Positions 55,102-64,000 of a DNA stretch of 64,000 bases are shown here, in pieces (the stretch's first letter is position 1; each line of letters begins with the position of its first letter). The notes beneath the pieces are model-generated. The model worked only from the letters and a program-made list of their open reading frames with translations. It was not told where the DNA came from and did not search any database. The stretch is from Octopus vulgaris (lineage: Eukaryota). The position numbers and the translations under genes are program-made. The stretch covers positions 9,486,001 through 9,550,000 of the forward strand of contig OX597833.1 in assembly GCA_951406725.2 (NCBI GenBank), in the 5' to 3' direction.

Positions 55102-55290
55102 TAATGTCTGTTTATTTCTCGAACATCGTTGGACAACGGGTGCTGGTGTGTACAATTCCCCGAACTTAGCGGTTCGGGAAAAGGGACCGATAGTTTAAAT
55201 ACTAGGCCTACAAAGTATAAGTCCTGGGGTCGATTTGCACGAATAAAGTCATTGCTCCACCATGGCCGCAGTCAAATAATTGAAAAATTA
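54310..55290. mobile_element. Cluster of SINE family A pieces (minus head, plus head, two tails)
   Basis: 54310-54500 (-), 54581-54998 (+), and an extra tail at 55097-55290. Confidence 0.75.
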
Positions 55291-55794
55291 AGTGTGTAAA
55301 ATAGAAAATAACCAGAAAAGTTTATATTCTCTTAACTACACCAGTAAGGGAGATAACTAAAAATCAACTTTTAGAGTTACTTCCCTTGACATATTAATAA
55401 AAGACATGACAGTTTAAGATGTAGGTGCGTTTATAATTCCCATGCGAAGGGCACATTTGCATTCGCGCAGGAAGATACAAACATACACATGCAAATTTTC
55501 TGCTGTTAACTTTAACAAATAAACATTATAATTTACATTTAATTACACCCGAAAACTATGTAAAGTACTCACCATATCTAGTACTACCCTTTGGACATGA
55601 TCGGGTTTTTATTTTGTTTTAGATAGTATATATGCGTATGTGGGTATATACACGTGTATATGTATGAATGCATGTATTTATGTATATAAATATATATATA
55701 TATATGTATGTATGTATATATATATATTCATAAATTTATAATTTTATATATATATATGTAGGTATATACCTATGTATATATATATATATATATA

Positions 55795-58776
55795 TACTCA
55801 AAAATGGAAGATAAAATTCCTGGAGGACTGGGTCGATGCCCATCCAAACCACATCCCTTTCTTCGTCCTCACTGAAACCCATCTTAGTAACCTCCACTTG
55901 GAAGCCGAGGTGAAAGTTAAAAATTTCAAAGCCATTCGTGCTGATCGTGCTGGCAGAAGAAAGGGTGGGACTGCCATTTATGTTCATGATTCATTCTCAA
56001 CAGAAGCTATGAACATATTTTCCAATGGATACTGCGAAGCAGTCGCTGTATTCAGTCAAACCAACAACTTAACAGTAGTTGGGCTCTACAGACCACCCCA
56101 AACGCCCCTACCATGCTTCAAGGAATGCCTCAACAACATAAAGTGTTTCATTCAGCAGTGTCAACCTGACAACATTTTAATGATGGGAGACTTCAACCTT
56201 CCCGGGGTTGACTGGTCTACAAACAGTCTGCCGCCAGGTTCTTCTCTCTCAACCCCTGACAGGGAGGCAGTGGAATCACTTCTTGACTTCATGGATGATT
56301 TCTTCCTATCCCAACTGGTGCTCGAACCAACGAGATGTCACAAAAACGTCTTAGACTTAATTTTCAGCAATCACACTGATACTATCCACAATATTGCAGT
56401 GGCGAAAACTTTACTCTCTGATCATGACATGGTTCTCTGTGATCTGAGATTTCACCGGCCAAAATGCAAAACAAATGTCATCCCTCCTGTTCATTCATTT
56501 GACACTATGGATTTCCACAATGCAAACTGGGAAGCAATCAATAATGATCTTGCACAAGTCGATTGGTCCTTCACGCACACATACACACCCACTAACATCA
56601 AAAAGTCCTGGCAGTCATTTGTAGATACCATTACGAACATATGTGCAAAACACACCCCATTAAGATCTGCAAACAAATCTAAGTGTCGAATCCCTAGAAA
56701 TAGAAAATCTCTCATCAGGAAAATTAAAAGAATTAACAAAAAAAATCAACGAGCTGAAATACTGTCAACAGCAACACACCAACCTGACTGCCATCTTGTC
56801 ACTAGAGATTAAAAAACATAAACTCCAAAACAACATGATGTCTATCATCAATAGTCAGAGAAGAGCTGAAGAGGCCTGGGCCATTGAGAAGATCAAACTC
56901 AATCACAAAGTGTTCTTTTCATTTGCAAAAATACACAGAGTCACTGGTTCTACTGTTGGCCCTCTGATTGATGAAAATGGTACTCTTCAAGACAATGCCA
57001 AAACCATGGGAGAGATATTGCAGAAACAATATTGCTCTGTTTTCAGCAATCCTGATATGACTGATCTGGGCTGTATCAGTGATGTTACTCCCCAATATAC
57101 TTTATCGGACATAACCTTTGGCGCTCCTGATGTCTTAGCAGCAATAAAGGAAATGAAGCATAATTCAGCAGTAGGTCCCGATAGGTTCCCTGCTTGTGTC
57201 TTGAAGATGTGTCAACACCAACTTGCACCCCCTCTAGCCAATCTGTGGCGGAACTCACTGGATGCTGGATATATACTAGAAGACCTTCTATCCCAGTCTG
57301 TTGTCCCAGTTTTCAAAAAAAGGAAACAAATCGCTTGCCGTGAATTACCGTCCAATCTCACCCACCTCTCATATCATTAAGGTATTTGAGAGAGTGCTGA
57401 GATCGCGTATGACTCACTTCCTCGAGAGTCATAATATGCTGAACTCCAACCAGCATGGATTCCGTAATGGAAGAGATTGCCTGACGCAGCTACTGCATCA
57501 TTTTGATGACATTTTGAGAGCCTTGGGAGAGCCTGATGTCATCTACCTTGATTTCAGCAAGGCCTTTGACAGGGTTGATCATAAGATCCTTTTGAGAAAG
57601 CTGTCCAATATTGGTGTCACTGGAAAGCTGCTGCAGTGGATCAAGTGCTTCCTGTCTAACAGAACCCAACATGTTGTAGTCGAAGGGGTCAAATCCAGCC
57701 CAGCAAAAATCAGCAGTGGTGTCCCACAAGGCACTGTGTTGGGCCCACTTCTCTTCATCATCTACATTAATGTTACTGACACCATCAAACACAGTAACAT
57801 CAGAACCTTCGCTGATGATTCCAAGCTCCAGAAGGTCATCAATGGCGTGGATGACCGAAAAAGCCTTCAGTCAGACTTACTGGCTGTTGTCCAATGGGCG
57901 GAAAAGAACAACATGTTGCTAAACGAAGACAAATTCAAACTGATCCACTTTGGAAGGGAGGACGCTCTGAAACTCCCATACTCCCTTCCTTCTGGAGAAA
58001 TATTCATGGCGTCTAACATCAGAGACTTGGGAGTAACAGTGGACAACAACATAAGCTGGGCTACACATATGAGCAGCAAAGTTGATATGGCCCGCAGAAT
58101 GTGTTCCTGGATTCTCAGAACCTTCCAGTTGAGAGATTCCCACACCATTATCCTTCTTTTCTCCACTTTTGCCCGACCCCACCTTAAATACTGCTGTCCA
58201 CTGTGGTCTCCCTACACAAAACAAAATATTATAAGAATTGAAGCTCCCCAAAGGTCAATCACAAAAAAGATAGATGGCATGTCAGACCTTGACTACTGGG
58301 GTAGACTACAGAAACTGAATCTGTATTCACTCCAACGACGCCGTGAACGCTACATTATCTGTATGATGTGGAAAATATTCCATCAGCACTGTCCGAATGA
58401 TGTTGGCATCACCTTCAAAATACATCCAAGGCTTGGACCACGTGCCATCCGTCCACAACAAAAATCTAAATCGCATCACATAACGACAATACGGCACAAT
58501 TATTTCACCTCAATTGGACCCGCTCTCTTCAACATTACACCAGGACACGTCAAAACAGAAACTGACCACACAAAATTCAAGAAGTCTTTAAACAAATTCC
58601 TTCAAACAGTCCCGGAAAAACCAACCACACCCGGATATGTCTCCGAAAACAATAGCTCTCTGCTCGAATAGGCCTCGGTGCCCAAATCCTGAATTAAAAG
58701 ACTTCGCCAGGTGGTGCTATTAAGTTAGACATGGCCTGGACCAATACTGGCCAAAACCTTTCTAAGTTATTCTAAG

Positions 58777-58779
<3 letters not shown>
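55795..58779 (+). mobile_element. CR1-group LINE, second family, slightly 5'-truncated
   Basis: TETHL, GDFN, SDHD, DFSKAFDRVDH, GVPQGTVLGPLLF and FADD. Two frameshifts at A runs. 3' tail (TTCTAAGTTA)x2, (TA)n flanks. Confidence 0.93.
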
Positions 58780-58824
<45 letters not shown>

Positions 58825-59885
58825 ATATATGTATGTATATATGTATGTATATATATATATGTACATGCATATAACTATGTATATATGTATGTAAGCATAT
58901 ATATATATATATATAAGATATATGCGTGTGTGGGTAAATACACGTATATACGTATGTATGTATATATAAATATATCTATGTATGTATATGTATAGAAATA
59001 ATTTGTAAAACTAAATCATATACTATAGGAGCTAATTGTTGTTATTTATGCTCTAATGAGTTTAAAGAAATTTTATTTTATAAGTATGATAATTTACTTA
59101 ATACTGGTGAAGAGCGCAAAATAAAATGCAGACATAAGTTACTTTACCTATATAATAAGTTTCATGATAAATAGCATTAATAGTTCCCTATTAAGGTTAC
59201 TTTAGTTTAGTTTAATTTAGTTTAGATAATTATATTTATTTGGTTATGTAGTCTAGGTTTTAATTATAGTTAGTCTTTATTGATATTTCTTTGTTTTAAT
59301 TAGTTCATTTTTAATGTATATTAATATAACAGTTTATGGTACGTTAAAACTTTAATAATTTATATTAGATTTTTTTATTTTCTTTAATTATATATATTTT
59401 TTTAAATTTTATTTTATTATGTATTTTTATTATGCATTTGTTATATGTATATTGGAGGATATTTTTATATGAATGATGGGTGTTATTTAGTGGTGTATAT
59501 ATTGAGTTTTGTATGTATGTGTGAATGTTTACGATCCCTTTGTTTTTTATTTGGTATGTTGAATTGACAGATTTTATTTGGGTATTGTCTGTTATAATAA
59601 AGTTTATATAGATATTTGGGTGATTGTCCGTGAATATGTAGGTATAGGTGTGTATGTATGTGTGCATGTGTACAAATGTAAGTGTAGATGCGGGAGTGTA
59701 TGAGTGCTATGTAATTGAGTGGGATTATTTATGCACTTGTATATATGAATGTTATGAAAGTGCGTGTTGTTGCACCTGTCTGCGTGTACACACTTTTAAA
59801 TATATTAATTTTTATTTACTTTTTTGAAAAACTGTTTCTTATATATATGAGTATGTGATGTTATGTGTGAATGTATTTTTATATA

Positions 59886-59946
<61 letters not shown>

Positions 59947-60029
59947 TATATACATATACATACATATTTTTTATATATTTTTTTTTTTTTTAATATTGGT
60001 GCATATGTCGAGGTTTGTAAGTATGTATA

Positions 60030-63000
60030 TGGTTTTTGGTGTATATATCGAGGTATATACGTATGTATAGGTTTGTGTGAGTGAAGTGGGTATTTGTATT
60101 TGTGGGTGTGTGGTTTATGTGTGTGTATTTGTGTTTGAATGTATAGGTTAGGGGGATTGATATATAGGTTTGTTATAGAGTTTAGTAAAGGGAGGTTTTA
60201 TCATTATATGTATTTATGAGTTTTAGTTTATCTTGGTAGTTTTAATAAATAATTTGTAGTAATTTATGTCTATTTTTGATGTTTGTTATTTTATTACATT
60301 ATTCCATTCTTAATTTTAAGTAATGTTAGTTTACCACCTGGTTATAATTTTTAATTCCATTTATTCCATTCATAATTTTAATGACGTTTGTTTCCATAGT
60401 GCTACGTATGAGCCTCAATATATGCACCGGTGATTCGCTTCCACATCCGTGCGGATGGGTGAGAGTATGCATTGAGTGTAGTGATGGGGCTCCCTTTGCT
60501 ATGCACGTTTGTACCTGTGTGGTAGTCTCCATGTGTACATTCGCGCACGGGTATACGTGCGGGGGGCATACGCGCACGGCATGTGCGTGTACCCCCTCAC
60601 ATGTACATGTGCATGCTTGTTGGGCTCGATATGTGCAACGGTGTGTTCGCGCCCGCATTCATGCGGATGGGTGAATTGCACAATTAAGATACGCACACGT
60701 GTGTGTGTGCGTTTTTTGGTTGTGTAGTTTGTTTATCTGGGTGTGAGTGGGTGTGAGCGTATTGTTGTGGATGTCGAGTTTGATACGTATGTATATGGGT
60801 GTGTTTGGGGGGTTGTAAGTATGTGTTGTGTGTGTGTGTTTGCGTATGTGTGTTTGTGTGTGGATGTATATATGGGGATTGCTATGTGGGTGTAATTGGG
60901 TATGGAGGGGGAGTTTTGTCATGGTGGTTTGTTGGTGATTTGTGGTATGTTCTGTATATTTGGGTTAGTTATGTATTGTTCTTGTGTGTGTAATTGTATA
61001 CATGTATGATTGGTGTGAGTGGGATTGCGCCCATTTTTGGGATGTATGTGTTTATTTGTCCGTGTGGGGTGGGAGTGGTTTTTTGGTGTATATGTTGAGG
61101 TTTATATGTAATTTTAGGTATGTGTGAATGAGGTGGGTATTTGTATTTGTTATGGGTGTGTGTTTTACGTGTGTGTATCTGTTTGTGAATGTATAGGTTA
61201 AAGTGATTGTTATATAGGTATGTTATAGAGTTTAGTAAAGGGAGGTTTTATCATTTATGTTTTTATGAGTTTTAATTTATCATGGTAGTTTGATTAAAGA
61301 ATTCGTAGTAATTTATGTCTTTTTATGATATTACATTATTCCATTCATAATTTTTACGTAATGTTTGTTTACCGAGTGAATATAATTTTTAATTCCATTT
61401 ATTCTATTTCTCCATTCATAATTTTAAATGACGTTTGCTTCCATAGTGCGTATTCTTTTTATACATATGTTAGGTTCCTATGGTAACGTAATTTTGGTTT
61501 GACGTTTTTAACGGCTTAGAATTTAATTTCACTTCATAATTTGAAACTGACTTGAAAGTATGTATATTTTTTCTTCTTATGTCATATTGTTACTTTTGAT
61601 ATTCTGGTTACTTATGAAGTTTTTTATATATCGTATTATGTGTAATAATGTTGTTTTTCTTTGGAGTGTTTATGTATGTGGGAATGTGTGTGAGTGTGTG
61701 CGTATTTTAGTTGTATAATTTATTTATCTGTATGAGTGTGGGTGTGTAAATATTGTTGTATATATCGAGTTTAGTGAGTATGTATATGTGTATATGTGAG
61801 GGAGTATATGTATATGTTGTGTGTGTGTGTTTTACGTATGTATATTTGTGTGTGAATGTGTATATGGGTTTTTTATATAGGTTTGGGTATGTATGTGTTA
61901 ATTTATCTGTGTGGGGTGGGAGTGGGTTTTTGGTGTATATTGAGGTTTATACGTTAGTATAGGTATGTGTGAGTGAGGTGGGTATTTGTATAAGTCGTGG
62001 GTCTGTGGTTTACGTGTGTGTATTTGTGTGTGAATGTTTAGGTTAGGGGGATTGCTGTATAGGTTTGTTGTAGAGTTTAGCAAAGGTGATTTTATCATTA
62101 TATGTTTTTATGAGTTTTAGTTTATCATGGTAGTTTTATTAAAGAATTCGTAGTAATTTGTCTATTTACGATGTTTGTTATTTTATTACATTATTTCATT
62201 CATAATTTTTAAGTAATGTTCGTTTTACCACGTGAATATAATTTTTAATTCCATTTATTCCATTTCTCCATTCATAATTTTAAAAGATGTTCGTTTCCAG
62301 AGCGGGAATACTTTTTATACATATGTTAGGTTCCTTGGTAACGTAATTTTGTTTGGTGTATATGTTGAGGCTTATATGTACTTATAGGTATGTGTGAATG
62401 AGGTGGGTATTTGTATTTGTTATGGGTGTGTGGTTTACGTGTGTGTATTTGTGTGTGAATGTATAGGTTAAAGGGATTGCTATATAGGTATGTTATAGGG
62501 TTTAGTAAAGGGAGGTTTTATCATTTATGTTTTTATGAGTTTTAATTTATCATGGTAGTTTTATTAAAGAATCCATTCATAATTTTTTTAAATAATGTTA
62601 GTTTACCGCGTGAATATAATTTTTAATTCCATTTATTCTATTTCTCCATTCATAATTTTAAATGACGTTTGCTTCCATAGCGCGTATTCTTTTTATACAT
62701 ATGTTAGGTTCCTATGGTAACGTAATTTTGGTTTGACGTTTTTAACGGCTTAGAATTTAATTTCACTTCATAATTTGAAACTGACTTGAAAGTATGTATA
62801 TTATTTCTCCTTATGTCATATTGTTATTTTTGATATTCTGGTTACTTACGATGTATTTTATATATCGTATTATGTGTAATAATGTTGTTTTTCTTTGGAG
62901 TGTTTATGTATGTGGGATTGTGTGTGAGTGTATGCGTATTTTAGTTATATAATTTATTTATCTGTATGAGTGTGGGTGTGTTAATATTGTTGTATATATC

Positions 63001-63517
63001 GAGTTTAGTGAGTATGTATATGTATATGGTGTGTGTTTTACGTATGTATATTTGTGTGTGAATGTGTTTATGGGTTTGCTATATAGGTTTGGGGATGTAT
63101 GTGTTTATTTATCTGTGTGGGGTTGAGTGGGTTTTTGGAGTATATATTGAGGTTTATATGTATGTATAGGTATGTGTGAGTGAGGTGGGTATTTGTATAT
63201 GTCGTGGGTGTGTGGTTTACGTGTGTGTATTTGTGTGTGAATGTTTAGGTTAGGGGGATTGCTATATAGGTATGTTATAGAGTTTAGTAAAGGAGATTTT
63301 ATCATTATATGTTTTTATGAGTTTTAGTTTATCATGGTAGTTTTATTAAAGAATTCGTAGTAATTTATGTCTATTTACGATGTCTGTTATTTTATTACAT
63401 TATTTCATTCATAATTTTTAAGTAATGTTCGTTTTACCAAGTGAATATAATTTTTAATTCCATTTATTCCATTTCTCCATTCATAATTTTAAATGATGTT
63501 CGTTTTCTAGAGCGGGA
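60030..63517. repeat. Complex tandem repeat (about five copies of a ~400-bp block; ~1.2-kb higher-order unit twice)
   Basis: Block starts near 60032, 61080, 61927, 62352 and 63132; 61080-62350 resembles 62352-63517. Confidence 0.85.
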
Positions 63518-63888
63518 ATGTGGGTTGTATGTGTGTGTGAGGGAGTATGAATAAGTATTGTGTTGAAGTATTTGGCTATTTTATTTATTTATCGTTGCCT
63601 AGACGTTTTTATGTGTATGTATAGGGATATATATATAGGTGTGTGATTTAGTGTATGTATTTAGATATGGTTATATATAATTAGTTATATGTGTATGGGT
63701 GTATATATAGTTTATTTTTGTTTTGTTTTATATTTAATTGTTGATAGGTTTATTTTAGTTTATATATTGATTATATATGGATTATATATAGGTTATATAT
63801 AGATTATATATTTATATTCATTAATACTTTAATTATTTTAAAATTATTATTTTTATATTTTAAAATATTGATATTTTAGATTGGAAGT

Positions 63889-63931
63889 CCACCTGAAGAT
63901 TGTCGATCAGGACAAGAAACAATTGTAGTGG
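63889..63931 (+). ncRNA. Minimal type-I hammerhead ribozyme
   Basis: Stem I CCAC/GTGG; core CTGAAGA; stem II TTGTC/GACAA; GAAA; stem III with palindromic CAATTG; cleavage triplet GTA (63925-63927). Confidence 0.8.
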
Positions 63932-64000
63932 CGATTTTTTTGACTTTTTATTAAAATTTTATGTATTGATTAAGTCTTTCCTTGTTTGTTTTGCAAAATA

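Larger units (their letters stand above)
58995..64000 (+). mobile_element. 5'-truncated Penelope-like element: ORF C-terminus, long TG-rich 3' region, hammerhead
   Basis: 58995-59174 encodes [48 protein letters not shown]...*, matching the PLE C-terminal C..C..E...LLN...CRH pattern. Hammerhead at 63889. Continuity between the two is inferred. Confidence 0.65.

Noticed and set aside
60030-63517. CRISPR-like or telomeric array
   Set aside because: Units are hundreds of bp long with no repeat-spacer pattern and no TTAGGG arrays, and the context is eukaryotic.

Overview
AT-rich, microsatellite-dense eukaryotic DNA. The SINE families and (TA)n/(AAT)n load suggest a cephalopod (octopus-like) genome, which is an inference. 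Most of the window is decayed mobile DNA: a 5'-truncated Helitron, five R4/Dong-like RLE LINE copies (three in tandem within a (TAA)n tract), four CR1-group LINEs, one RTE LINE with C-terminal C2H2 fingers, a 1289-bp mariner, a Gypsy remnant, several Penelope-like (PLE) fragments and three tRNA-derived SINE families. The ORF track misses the one host gene I can support: two phase-1 exons (27345-27485 and 33664-33884) that splice into a complete 10-cysteine Ly6/uPAR (three-finger) domain with a GPI-type tail. Its signal-peptide exon was not found. Several minimal type-I hammerhead ribozyme motifs are present. They include a canonical one at 63889-63931 ending a PLE with a ~4.7-kb 3' region, and a pair inside an ORF-less element with two ~311-bp direct repeats (41196-42015) that resembles a retrozyme. 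All calls were made by eye. Boundaries of degenerate repeats are approximate and no database search or folding program was run.
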